This document shows, piece after piece, positions 17,116-25,553 of a DNA stretch of 52,679 nt. The DNA is taken from the NCBI GenBank assembly GCA_001781335.1, contig MFLL01000010.1, positions 1 through 52,679 of the forward strand. Reading direction: 5' to 3'. Position 1 is the stretch's first letter; each line of letters starts with the position of its first letter. The notes under the pieces were generated by a model. The model was not told the origin of the DNA. It saw only the letters and a list, made by a program, of their open reading frames with translations, and did not search any database. Source of the DNA: Candidatus Kaiserbacteria bacterium RIFCSPHIGHO2_02_FULL_55_25. Lineage in GTDB: Bacteria; Patescibacteriota; Minisyncoccia; Phycocordibacterales; UBA2100. A program made the translations under genes and the position numbers.

Positions 17116-17430
17116 CTACAAGCGGCCGACGAGTGCGGCTATGTCATCGCGAATATCCGCGAATGAGGCCCCTGCCGCGTCCCGTTTTGCGACAAATACA
17201 TACGTGCCGGCGGGCGCGGCGGTGAGATGCTTGAGCAGGGAAGCGCGCCAGCGGCGCTTGATGAGATTGCGGTCGACAGCTTTTATGGCGACTTTTTTGG
17301 AGACAACAACGCCGAATCGCGCGGTCTTGCCGCCGGACGTTGCCGAAACGGAGAAAAGAGCCCCGCTCATACGGCGCGCGGGCCTCATGGTCCTCATTTC
17401 GGCTCCAGTGAGACGGTGTTTCGGGGGCAT
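17116..17430 (-). CDS. rnpA: ribonuclease P protein component
   Basis: [11 protein letters not shown]...RFGVVVSKKVAIKAVDRNLIKRRWRA (RNR-like motif). ATG overlaps the rpmH stop (TAATG). The track ORF to 17592 is an upstream extension through rpmH. Confidence 0.85.
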   Translation of the reverse strand: MPPKHRLTGAEMRTMRPARRMSGALFSVSATSGGKTARFGVVVSKKVAIKAVDRNLIKRRWRASLLKHLTAAPAGTYVFVAKRDAAGASFADIRDDIAALVGRL

Positions 17431-17564
17431 TACGCGGAAAGGCGGGCGCGGCCCTTGCGGCGACGGCGCTGCAAAAGCTTGCGGCCCGTCGGTGTGGAGC
17501 TCCTTACGCGGAACCCGTGCGTCTTCTGGCGCTTGCGCTTTTTCGGCTGATACGTGCGTTTCAT
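17430..17564 (-). CDS. rpmH: 50S ribosomal protein L34 (below the ORF-track size cutoff)
   Basis: My translation of the minus strand from 17564: [44 protein letters not shown]. Confidence 0.95.
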   Translation of the reverse strand: MKRTYQPKKRKRQKTHGFRVRSSTPTGRKLLQRRRRKGRARLSA

Positions 17565-17611
17565 GGCTTGCATCATACGCGAACTGCCTCAAATCTCCAA
17601 CCCCTCTCCCG

Positions 17612-17720
17612 AAAAAGAGTCAGAATCGTTTTCCGCCGTGTTCGCAGCGCGACGGCGCGAGATTCAGGGACCTTTCAGCAGAAAGGTACCCGACGGCGGA
17701 AAGCGATTCTGACTCTTTTT
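17612..17720. repeat. 28-bp inverted repeat (17612-17639 / 17693-17720, 1 mismatch) with nested inner hairpin, in the rpmH<>dnaA intergenic region
   Basis: aaaaagagtcagaatcgttttccgccgt versus the reverse complement of acggcggaaagcgattctgactcttttt. The inner segment ggacctttcagcagaaaggtacc is itself near-palindromic. Confidence 0.8.
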
Positions 17721-17733
17721 ACTTCTCCCCACT

Positions 17734-17742
17734 TTATCCACA
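17734..17742 (+). promoter_or_regulatory. perfect DnaA box TTATCCACA, preceded by TTCTCCCCA (17723-17731)
   Basis: Exact match to the consensus 9-mer, ~90 nt upstream of dnaA. Confidence 0.7.
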
Positions 17743-17775
17743 CGTTGTTCACCCCATATCGGGAAAAGCGCAAGC

Positions 17776-17803
17776 TTCACGGACGGGATAACGCGCGTAT
17801 AAT
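17776..17803 (+). promoter_or_regulatory. candidate dnaA promoter TTCACG-16 nt-TATAAT
   Basis: -35-like 17776-17781, -10 TATAAT 17798-17803, 29 nt before the dnaA ATG. Confidence 0.4.
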
Positions 17804-17832
17804 GTCTGGGCTTATAGCTTGCGCATGACACT

Positions 17833-19182
17833 ATGACGACGAACAGGGAACTATGGCAGCATGCGCTCGTTCAGATCGAGTTGGGAACATCGCAAGCATC
17901 GTTCCGCACGTGGTTCCGGAATACCGATATCGCCTCTCGCGACATCGGCACCGTACAGGTGGCTGTCCCGTCAAAAATCGTGAAAGAGTGGCTCATGGAG
18001 AAACACCACAAGCTCATCCTCAAGGCGCTCCGCGGTCTCGACAACACAGTCCGCACTGTTGAGTATGTGGTTCACCGCACCCCTCCCTCCGCCGAACGCA
18101 AGGTGCCACGGCCCCAGCCGTCGGGAAACGCCTCTCTCGACCTCCAGTCGCTCTATATAGACAAGCGTGACAACTTAAACCCGCGCTACACATTCGAAAC
18201 GTTCGTCGTGGGACCGTTCAACCAGCTCGCGCATGCCGCTGCGAAAGCGGTGCTCGAGCGTCCGGGTCTCGCATACAATCCGCTTTTCATCTACGGACAA
18301 ACGGGTCACGGGAAGACACACCTCATACAGGCGGTGGGAAACTACTTCAAGAAGTCACACGCGAACAAGAAAGTGCTGTACGTCACCTCGGAACGCTTTG
18401 CCGTCGACTACATCAATTCGGTGCGCGCGGGCCGCGCCAACAGCTTCAAAGACCAGTACCGGCAGTATGACGTTCTCATCATGGACGACGTACAGTTCAT
18501 CGCGAACACTGAAAAAACGCAGGAGGAGCTGTTCCACCTGTTCAACGCGCTGCACGACAACAACAAACAGATTGTATTCTCCTCCGACAAACACCCGACG
18601 CTACTTCCCGGGTTCGAAGACAGGCTCAAGGGACGTTTCTCGGCCGGCATGATAGCGGAGATACCGGAACCGGACGTGGAGTCGAGAATAGCCATAATTA
18701 AAGCCAAGATTGAGCAACACGGCTTCTCGCTTCCGGACGACATAATCCAGTACATTGCGGAGAATGTGCGCGGTAATATCCGCGAACTCGAAGGCGCGCT
18801 CAATATGATTGTCTGCAAATCACAACTCAAAGGGAAAGCGATATCACACGCCGACGTCCGCGCGCTTATCAAACACAACGTGAAGCCCAACAGGGGTGTC
18901 TCCGTCGACGAAGTGGTACGAAGAATCGCGCAGTACTACGAGATACCGGAGAAGAGCATCTACGAGAAAACACGCAAGAAGGAGGTGGTGAAGCCGCGGC
19001 AGATTATTATGTACATGCTACGCGAAGAGTTCAGTGTCTCGTACCCGTCGATAGGGGAGAAGCTCGGTGGACGCGACCATACGACCGTCATCCACTCATG
19101 CGAAAAAATAAAAGAGGAGTTGAAAATGAACAATTCGCTCGAACAGGAAATCGACCACATCCGCACACTCATCCACGCATAA
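17833..19182 (+). CDS. dnaA: chromosomal replication initiator protein DnaA
   Basis: AAA+ core YNPLFIYGQTGHGKTHL, VLIMDDVQF. C-terminal DNA-binding domain HTTVIHSCEKI. Confidence 0.97.
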   Translation: MTTNRELWQHALVQIELGTSQASFRTWFRNTDIASRDIGTVQVAVPSKIVKEWLMEKHHKLILKALRGLDNTVRTVEYVVHRTPPSAERKVPRPQPSGNASLDLQSLYIDKRDNLNPRYTFETFVVGPFNQLAHAAAKAVLERPGLAYNPLFIYGQTGHGKTHLIQAVGNYFKKSHANKKVLYVTSERFAVDYINSVRAGRANSFKDQYRQYDVLIMDDVQFIANTEKTQEELFHLFNALHDNNKQIVFSSDKHPTLLPGFEDRLKGRFSAGMIAEIPEPDVESRIAIIKAKIEQHGFSLPDDIIQYIAENVRGNIRELEGALNMIVCKSQLKGKAISHADVRALIKHNVKPNRGVSVDEVVRRIAQYYEIPEKSIYEKTRKKEVVKPRQIIMYMLREEFSVSYPSIGEKLGGRDHTTVIHSCEKIKEELKMNNSLEQEIDHIRTLIHA

Positions 19183-19428
19183 TCGAAATCTCTCTCCAAT
19201 AACCCTGTGGACAAACTCTATATAAATCACCCACAACACCCCGAACAACATCATGATAACTTCACCAAACACCGGCCTGGCAGAATTATCCCCTTTCTCT
19301 GCACATTTCACACACCAGTTCTCAACATTTCAAAATACCCAAATCACTAACCAATATCTCACTTAAATTCACTTCTCCCCACTATCCCCAGTACTAATAG
19401 AAGTAATAGTATTTAAATAAGAAAAAGT
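19183..19428. other. candidate oriC (dnaA-dnaN intergenic region)
   Basis: Markedly AT-rich compared with its flanks. DnaA-box-like 9-mers: TTGTCCACA (reverse strand, 19206-19214), TTATCCCCT (19286-19294), TTCTCCCCA-CTATCCCCA (19373-19390). AT-rich stretch at 19391-19428. Confidence 0.5.
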
Positions 19429-20526
19429 ATGAAGATAACAACAACAAAAGAAAAAATCCTAAATACGATTCTCATGGCGGAAAGGGTTACGGGGAAAAAA
19501 GAATCTCTCCCGATACTTGCTTGTATTCTTATCGAAGTAACAAAAGATATTATTCTCCGCGCAACAAATCTTGAGGCGGGTTTCGAGGCCACCATACCGG
19601 GCGAGGTTTCCGAGGAGGGAATTATCGCGGTGCCGGCGGCAATCCTCTCGCAAACAATACGCTCAATCGGCGGGGATAAGGTCACTTTTTCCACCGACGA
19701 CTCCAATCTCCTCGTGGAGTCACGAGGCACCAAGACACTCATAAAGGCGATTTCTCATGACGAGTTTCCTGCGCTGCCGAAAAGCGCGGGGAAGAATAAA
19801 ATATCTCTTTCACGAGAGAGACTTGTTCGCGGGGTACAGGCGGTCTCATACGCGGCCTCGCCGTCAATGATTCGTCCGGACCTCGGCTCCGTGTACCTCT
19901 CGATTAAGGACGGGGCGATGGTTTGTGTCGCGACGGATTCGTTCCGACTGGCCGAGAAGACAGTCTCCGAGAACGGTACCAAAGCCGAGGGTGACGTACT
20001 TATCCCGCTGAAGCACGCACTCGAGCTTGTCCATATCCTCGAGCATGTCACCGATGATTCGGTGTCGCTTGCCGCCGAGGAATCTCAACTTGCGGTTTCG
20101 GCCGGTGGTATGCGGTACGTATCTCGAGTGGTAGATGCCACATTCCCGAACTACAAAGAGATAATTCCGAAGAAGTTCACGACCGAGGCGACAGTACTCA
20201 AAGGTGACCTGACCGAGATGTTGCGCAAGGCGCGTGTGTTTGCCGGCGCCGACATGCACGTGGGTCTCCACATTTACCCGAAGAAGAAAATATTTTCCGC
20301 ACTTGCGCGCAGTTCTGATGTCGGGGAAATGTCCGACTCCATCGACGCGGCACTCTCCGGCGAGGACCTCGACATCAATTTCCATATCGGCTACATCGCC
20401 GATTGTTTGTCATCCATCGAGTCCGACTCCGTCACGCTCGGTTTTGCCGGCACCGGCAAACCGCTTGTCATCCGCGGCGTTTCCGACTCTTCTTTCTTGT
20501 ATCTCGTAATGCCGCTGAACCGGTAA
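19429..20526 (+). CDS. dnaN: DNA polymerase III beta sliding clamp
   Basis: 365 aa, three-domain clamp pattern (...LRATNLE..., ...VATDSFRLA..., ...MPLNR end). Position after dnaA. Confidence 0.93.
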   Translation: MKITTTKEKILNTILMAERVTGKKESLPILACILIEVTKDIILRATNLEAGFEATIPGEVSEEGIIAVPAAILSQTIRSIGGDKVTFSTDDSNLLVESRGTKTLIKAISHDEFPALPKSAGKNKISLSRERLVRGVQAVSYAASPSMIRPDLGSVYLSIKDGAMVCVATDSFRLAEKTVSENGTKAEGDVLIPLKHALELVHILEHVTDDSVSLAAEESQLAVSAGGMRYVSRVVDATFPNYKEIIPKKFTTEATVLKGDLTEMLRKARVFAGADMHVGLHIYPKKKIFSALARSSDVGEMSDSIDAALSGEDLDINFHIGYIADCLSSIESDSVTLGFAGTGKPLVIRGVSDSSFLYLVMPLNR

Positions 20527-20534
20527 TTCCTAAT

Positions 20535-20930
20535 ATGCACACGCAAACCCTTTCCAGATTGTTGTTGTGGCTGATCGCGGCCATTGTCGTTTTGTCCGGA
20601 CTGAGCTTGACTGCTGACAACTGGTTGTGGCCCCACTGGGACGCATCACGGGGCGCGTGGGTGACGTCAACGAGCGATGCGTATTGGGATAATTCGATGG
20701 GGCGATGGCAGGCCGACAAGAGCGCGATGTTTTGGAATGAAGAACGCGGCGTGTGGATGTATGAAAGCGGTGTGTACTGGGACGGTTCTCGCAGTGTGTG
20801 GCTCGACTCTGCCGGCGACTACATCGATCCGAGTTTGAATCTATGGGTGAACGCGGCGCAAAACGCATACTGGGATTACCGAACTCGACAGTGGATTCCG
20901 CTAGCCACGGTTTCCGGTAGCGCACAGTGA
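20535..20930 (+). CDS. hypothetical membrane-anchored Trp-rich repeat protein
   Basis: ATG at 20535 (MHTQTLSRLLLWLIAAIVVLSGLSL = TM). Then recurring YWD/FWN...W units (AYWDNSMGRW, MFWNEERGVW, VYWDGSRSVW, AYWDYRTRQW). The track start at 20403 lies inside dnaN. Confidence 0.55.
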   Translation: MHTQTLSRLLLWLIAAIVVLSGLSLTADNWLWPHWDASRGAWVTSTSDAYWDNSMGRWQADKSAMFWNEERGVWMYESGVYWDGSRSVWLDSAGDYIDPSLNLWVNAAQNAYWDYRTRQWIPLATVSGSAQ

Positions 20931-21283
20931 GTATGTCTGCCGACCTTCATGAGCTAACGCGGAAGATACTGGAATTCCGGGACGCGAGGAATTGGAAACA
21001 GTTTCACAACCCGAAAGATATGGCGCTCTCGCTTACCCTCGAAGCGGCGGAACTATTGGAACACTTTCAGTGGAAGAACGGTCAGGAGCTCGATAGACAT
21101 GTTAGCGAGAATCGAATGGCCATCGGTGAGGAACTGGCGGACGTTCTCTATTGGGTGTTGCTCATGAGTAAAGACATTAATGTTGATATCGTCGGAGCGT
21201 TTGAGAATAAAATGAAAAAGAATGCTGAAAAGTACCCGATAGAAAAAGCGCGTAATTCGAAGGAAAAATATTCTGAACTTTAG
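20927..21283 (+). CDS. MazG-like nucleotide pyrophosphohydrolase (small all-alpha NTP-PPase)
   Basis: FRDARNWKQFHNPKDMALSLTLEAAELLEHFQWK and EELADVLYWVLLMS motifs. Confidence 0.8.
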   Translation: MSMSADLHELTRKILEFRDARNWKQFHNPKDMALSLTLEAAELLEHFQWKNGQELDRHVSENRMAIGEELADVLYWVLLMSKDINVDIVGAFENKMKKNAEKYPIEKARNSKEKYSEL

Positions 21284-21891
21284 GGTTTGAGGACTGAGTC
21301 GATTTTGTCTGTCACGATTTTCAGATGTTCCGGCGTATCAAAATCCAAGCCAGTGCGGTCAATTTCAATGCATGGGAAATCCAATGGCGCATGTGCCATA
21401 AACAGACGGTACGCGTTCTTAAGCTGTATCATTTGAGTTTCAAACTCTTTATCGAATGACCGACCGCCCATATCCGCGAAACGCCGACTTGTCTCTATGT
21501 CGGCCTCGAGATAAATAGCACATGCGGGACGGGGAAGCGCGGCGGCGTCTGCGTCGAATATTGACTGCATTACTCGCCGTTCAGCAGGTGTCGCGTTATA
21601 TACCTCTATCCACGGGGCATTGTTGAACCAGAATGTATCAATAAACACGAGCGGATGCGCTCCCGTCATTTTTTCTGCACAGAGATGATGTGCGACGGAA
21701 AGATCTCTGAAATACCGATATCGCTCAATAGGGTGTGTGTTCTTCTTTATATACGTGACGATATCTGCATCGGCAGTAGGCTCCTCCCATTCAAGCAAGT
21801 AAGGAGCGTGGTAGTGCTCCGCCAATTTTTTCACGAGGTATGATTTTCCTGTTCGTGTGCAACCAATAACGGCGACGATTTTACCCGCCAT
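21280..21891 (-). CDS. P-loop NTPase, deoxynucleoside-kinase-like
   Basis: Walker A IGCTRTGKSYLVKKL, ~200 aa. Convergent 4-nt overlap with the MazG-like gene. The family assignment is weak. Confidence 0.5.
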   Translation of the reverse strand: MAGKIVAVIGCTRTGKSYLVKKLAEHYHAPYLLEWEEPTADADIVTYIKKNTHPIERYRYFRDLSVAHHLCAEKMTGAHPLVFIDTFWFNNAPWIEVYNATPAERRVMQSIFDADAAALPRPACAIYLEADIETSRRFADMGGRSFDKEFETQMIQLKNAYRLFMAHAPLDFPCIEIDRTGLDFDTPEHLKIVTDKIDSVLKP

Positions 21892-21894
21892 AGG

Positions 21895-24327
21895 CTACTG
21901 AATCGTGAAGTTGATTTGCGTCGAATCGTTGCCGCCGGTTACGAGTGCCGCCATCGCCTGCAATATCGAAGGGCCGCGCGAAGCGGGGACGTAGGTGATG
22001 GTGTACGGCGGCTGCGTTGCCGTGCCGATTGGCGCGCCGTTGAGAAAGTATGTCATCTTAGAAACGCTTTGCGGATTCGGATGCGAAGCGCTCATTGTAA
22101 TGGAGGTGTTGGCGGGTACGTACGAGTTCGCTATGGGAGAGGTGATGACGAAGCCTTGAGTTGTGGGGGCTCCGCTCTGCGCAGTCGGTCCCGAAATATT
22201 TCCGACAAGAGTCTGTCCCGCGGCCCACTGCGCCACGGGATAATCCCACGCCGCGGTTTGCGGGTCGGTGAACGGATTCAGCGGCGGTGCGCCGCGTGGG
22301 TCGCTCTTGTTGACCCAGTAGAGGATGTCGTGCACACCCTGCGCAGGGCGGCTGTTCCAGTTGCCCGTGAGCACCGGCGGCAGGGAAGACTGTGCGGGGT
22401 CAGGAGAAGGCGGCGGAAAGTCACCGGACGGATATTTCTCAAGTGCGTAGACCATGAACTCGTGCCACATCGGTGCGATAATAAACGCCGCTATTTTTTT
22501 TGCCATCGGAGAGTTGTCGTTGTTGCCCGCCCACGCTCCCACCGAGATGCCGGGTGTGTAGCCCAGTATCCAGACGTCGCGGAAATCGTTGGTCGTACCG
22601 GTCTTGTCGGCGACTTTGTAGCCGTCGAAGTGGAGCGGCGAATCCGCGCCGAACTCCGGCGTTCGGGCGACGTTGTCGGAGAGAATGTCGTTTATCTCGC
22701 GGGCGATTTGCGGCTCGATTACGCGCGTCGCCGTGTTTTGATATTCTTCAAGCAAATTTCCTTTGCCGTCCTCCACCCGCAAAATGCCGGTCGGCGGATT
22801 GCGTACGCCGTCATTCGCAAAGACGCTGTATGCGCCGGTCATTTCGAGAAGGGTCACTTCACCGCCACCGAGTACGAGCGTGAGTCCGTAGCGCGCGGCG
22901 TCGCTAAGTGTGGTGATGCCGAGTGACTGAGCGGTGGAAATGGCGTCCTGAATACCCGAGAGATACAGTGTCTTGACCGCGACGACGTTTATAGACTGTG
23001 CGAGAGCGTTGCGCAGGGTCATCGGACCCTTGAAGTTGCCGTCAAAGTTTGAAGGTGAGTAGCAGGGCGGCGTGTTGTTGAGGTTGTCAGTCGGCGCACA
23101 CGCAGTCGAAAATTGTGTCGGCAGGTCGAAGAGGACGGTCTCCGGCGTATACCCCCTTTCAAGCGCGGTCGCGTAGACGAACGGCTTGAACGATGAGCCC
23201 GGCTGGCGGTGACTCGTCGCGATGTTGACCTTGCCATCGATGGTGTCGTCGAAGTAGCCGCGCGAGCCGACCATCGTGAGTATCTGACCGCTCGTCGGGT
23301 CGATAGCCACGAGCCCTTCGTTGGTCGCGTTGAAATTCTGCTGCATCTGCGGCGCCCACTTTGAAACAATATCCTCTGCTTTTTGCTGGAGATTATAGTC
23401 GAGCGTAGTGATGACACGCAAGCCGCCCTGCGCGACCACATCCGCGCCGTACTTCTGTTCGAGGTATTCGCGGACGTAGAAAACAAAATGCGGCGCCTTG
23501 ATACCCACCTCTCTCCCGTCACGGAACTGGACCTGCTCGGCGACGGCCTGCGAGTATTGCGCATCGGTGATGACGCCGAGCGACTTCATGCGGGAGAGCA
23601 CGAATTTGGCGCGCGCGTCGAGGGCGGCGCGGTGAGAGCCGTAGGGCGAGAAGTAGGTGGGTGCCTGCGGAAGCGCGGCGAGATAGCTCGCTTGTGCGAG
23701 GTCTACGTCTTTGGCGTCGATGCCGAAAAAGTACTGACTCGCCTCCTGCACACCGTAGATGGTACCGCCATACGGCGTCTCGTTGAGGTACGTCTCAAGA
23801 ATTTTCTCTTTCGGGTACGTTCTGGTGAGGCGCAGGGCGAGTATAATCTCTTCGATTTTTCGCGCGATGGTTTTGTTCTGTGTAAGCAGCGCGTTTTTTA
23901 CCACTTGCTGCGTGATGGTCGAACCTCCCTGCGTGTACGAACCCGTCATGATGTTTACAATGGCTGCGCGGGCGAAAGAGACCGGACGGAAACCGGCATT
24001 TGTATAAAACGTGTCGTCTTCGGTCGCGATTGCCGCTTTTTGAATGAACGGACTTATCTGGTCGAGCGTGACCGACGTGCGGCGCACGGAGCCGTGGACG
24101 TCGTAGAGGACAATGTTGCCCGTCCGGTCGTATATCTTGGTGCTCTGTGAGACCTGCCGGTTCTCGAAGTTTTCTATCGACGGGATGGGGGTAAACAGCG
24201 CCCACACAATGATGCCGCCGACCCCGAAAAAGAAGAGACCCGCCGCGGCGGCGACAGTGAGGCGCATCCACTCGGGGACACGGCTGAACAAACGGCGCGT
24301 ACGCCGGGACCTGCGAGACTCGCTCAT
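21895..24327 (-). CDS. bifunctional class A penicillin-binding protein (PBP1A-type transglycosylase/transpeptidase) with C-terminal beta-sandwich extension
   Basis: GT51 motifs EDDTFYTNAGF, GGSTITQQ, RKIEE. TPase motifs SSFKP and KTGTT. N-terminal TM anchor. Confidence 0.93.
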   Translation of the reverse strand: MSESRRSRRTRRLFSRVPEWMRLTVAAAAGLFFFGVGGIIVWALFTPIPSIENFENRQVSQSTKIYDRTGNIVLYDVHGSVRRTSVTLDQISPFIQKAAIATEDDTFYTNAGFRPVSFARAAIVNIMTGSYTQGGSTITQQVVKNALLTQNKTIARKIEEIILALRLTRTYPKEKILETYLNETPYGGTIYGVQEASQYFFGIDAKDVDLAQASYLAALPQAPTYFSPYGSHRAALDARAKFVLSRMKSLGVITDAQYSQAVAEQVQFRDGREVGIKAPHFVFYVREYLEQKYGADVVAQGGLRVITTLDYNLQQKAEDIVSKWAPQMQQNFNATNEGLVAIDPTSGQILTMVGSRGYFDDTIDGKVNIATSHRQPGSSFKPFVYATALERGYTPETVLFDLPTQFSTACAPTDNLNNTPPCYSPSNFDGNFKGPMTLRNALAQSINVVAVKTLYLSGIQDAISTAQSLGITTLSDAARYGLTLVLGGGEVTLLEMTGAYSVFANDGVRNPPTGILRVEDGKGNLLEEYQNTATRVIEPQIAREINDILSDNVARTPEFGADSPLHFDGYKVADKTGTTNDFRDVWILGYTPGISVGAWAGNNDNSPMAKKIAAFIIAPMWHEFMVYALEKYPSGDFPPPSPDPAQSSLPPVLTGNWNSRPAQGVHDILYWVNKSDPRGAPPLNPFTDPQTAAWDYPVAQWAAGQTLVGNISGPTAQSGAPTTQGFVITSPIANSYVPANTSITMSASHPNPQSVSKMTYFLNGAPIGTATQPPYTITYVPASRGPSILQAMAALVTGGNDSTQINFTIQ

Positions 24328-24333
24328 TGGAGT

Positions 24334-24843
24334 CTATAGTACCGTTTTTTGTGCCTTGCGGCGAGCGGCAGTCGAGCGCGCGAGAGCGAGGTGGGTGACG
24401 CCGATGGCTATCGCATCATACTCGTCATCGCGCTTGATTACCTTGCCGATCTTCACGAGTGCGTGCAACATTTTGGCGACCTGCGTCTTGTCGGCGGAGC
24501 CCGAGCCTGCCGCCGCGCTTTTCACTTCTCCCGGCGAGTACTCAAATACCGGTATTGCGGTAGAGCCAGCGAGACTAAGTATCGCGCCGCGCACCTCAGC
24601 GACCCGCATTGCCGTCTTCTGATTTTTCGCGAAAAACAATTTTTCCATCGCGATGCAGTCCGGCGCGTGCGCGCTCACCAGCGTCTCGCATGCGAGGACC
24701 ACCTGCCGGAGCCGCGTGGCGAACCCGTCCTCGGCTGACGTCTCGATGCAGTCCGAATAGATGAGTACGTCTTTTGCCCCGTTACGCTCTACTATGGCGA
24801 CCCCGCAGCGTCCGTATCCGGGGTCTATAGCGAGAACTCTCAT
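24334..24843 (-). CDS. ruvC: crossover junction endodeoxyribonuclease RuvC
   Basis: MRVLAIDPGYGRCG...AMEKLFF...DEYDAIAIGVTH catalytic-residue pattern. The track ORF to 24957 is an upstream extension. Confidence 0.9.
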   Translation of the reverse strand: MRVLAIDPGYGRCGVAIVERNGAKDVLIYSDCIETSAEDGFATRLRQVVLACETLVSAHAPDCIAMEKLFFAKNQKTAMRVAEVRGAILSLAGSTAIPVFEYSPGEVKSAAAGSGSADKTQVAKMLHALVKIGKVIKRDDEYDAIAIGVTHLALARSTAARRKAQKTVL

Positions 24844-25010
24844 GCTCAAAGTATATCCCAAAGAAAAAGGCGGCGGATGTGTTACGGCCCGTCGGATACT
24901 CGGAGTCGGAACACCCCATCGGCTACAGCTCGAAGTCTTTCGGCACGTATAAGCCATGTTCCGTCGCCTATTGGTAACACTGCCTTCTTGCCCGCCAACC
25001 CAAAATCCCT

Positions 25011-25034
25011 ATACTTAGGTCTATGACTAAGTAT
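25011..25034. promoter_or_regulatory. operator-like palindrome ATACTTAGGTC-TAT-GACTAAGTAT overlapping the ArsR-family gene start codon
   Basis: Shares the half-site AATACTTAGGT with the perfect palindrome at 25425-25456. Confidence 0.5.
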
Positions 25035-25436
25035 TGGAACCCTCGTCGGATTAAACGCATCAAAGACCGGAAACTACGCGCGGCAAAACGCGCCTCAGAA
25101 AATGCCGCGATTCTTAGAGAACGTGCTCGTTCTTATACACCGGGTGATGCGCGGAAGAACGCCGGACTCATGCTAGACGCACTCGGTTTGCCGTTGAGAC
25201 GCCGGATGCTTGCACGACTAAGGCGAGAGGGCACCATGTCGGTTTCCAAGTTGGTCGAACCTTTCCGGATTACGCTTCCATCAGCACTCGAACATGTCCG
25301 CGTTCTCGAACGATCCGGTATCATTACGACGCATAAACACGGCCGTGTCAGGCTTTGCGTCTACCGGCCGGAAGCCCTAAAAGAACTCGCTCGCGAGCTC
25401 ACTTCTCGGGGATTAGAATATAATCCCAATACTTAG
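25023..25436 (+). CDS. ArsR/SmtB-family winged-helix transcriptional regulator
   Basis: LDALGLPLRRRMLARLRREGTMSVSKLVEPFRITLPSALEHVRVLERSGIITTHKHGRVRLC, an ArsR HTH pattern. Confidence 0.8.
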   Translation: MTKYWNPRRIKRIKDRKLRAAKRASENAAILRERARSYTPGDARKNAGLMLDALGLPLRRRMLARLRREGTMSVSKLVEPFRITLPSALEHVRVLERSGIITTHKHGRVRLCVYRPEALKELARELTSRGLEYNPNT

Positions 25437-25456
25437 GTTTGTACCTAAGTATTGGG
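25425..25456. promoter_or_regulatory. perfect 14+14 palindrome CCCAATACTTAGGT-TTGT-ACCTAAGTATTGGG (operator and/or terminator)
   Basis: Read directly from the sequence. Overlaps the ArsR stop codon, ~100 nt upstream of the VIT1-family gene. Followed by tandem TTTTAGGGAA x2 (25472-25492). Confidence 0.6.
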
Positions 25457-25553
25457 ATAGGAACAACTCGGTTTTAGGGAAATTTTAGGGAAGGGCGCGT
25501 CCCTCAAAAAAGGGCGCGCGTCGGGTACCATCGGGAGGTGGTACGATAGCGGT

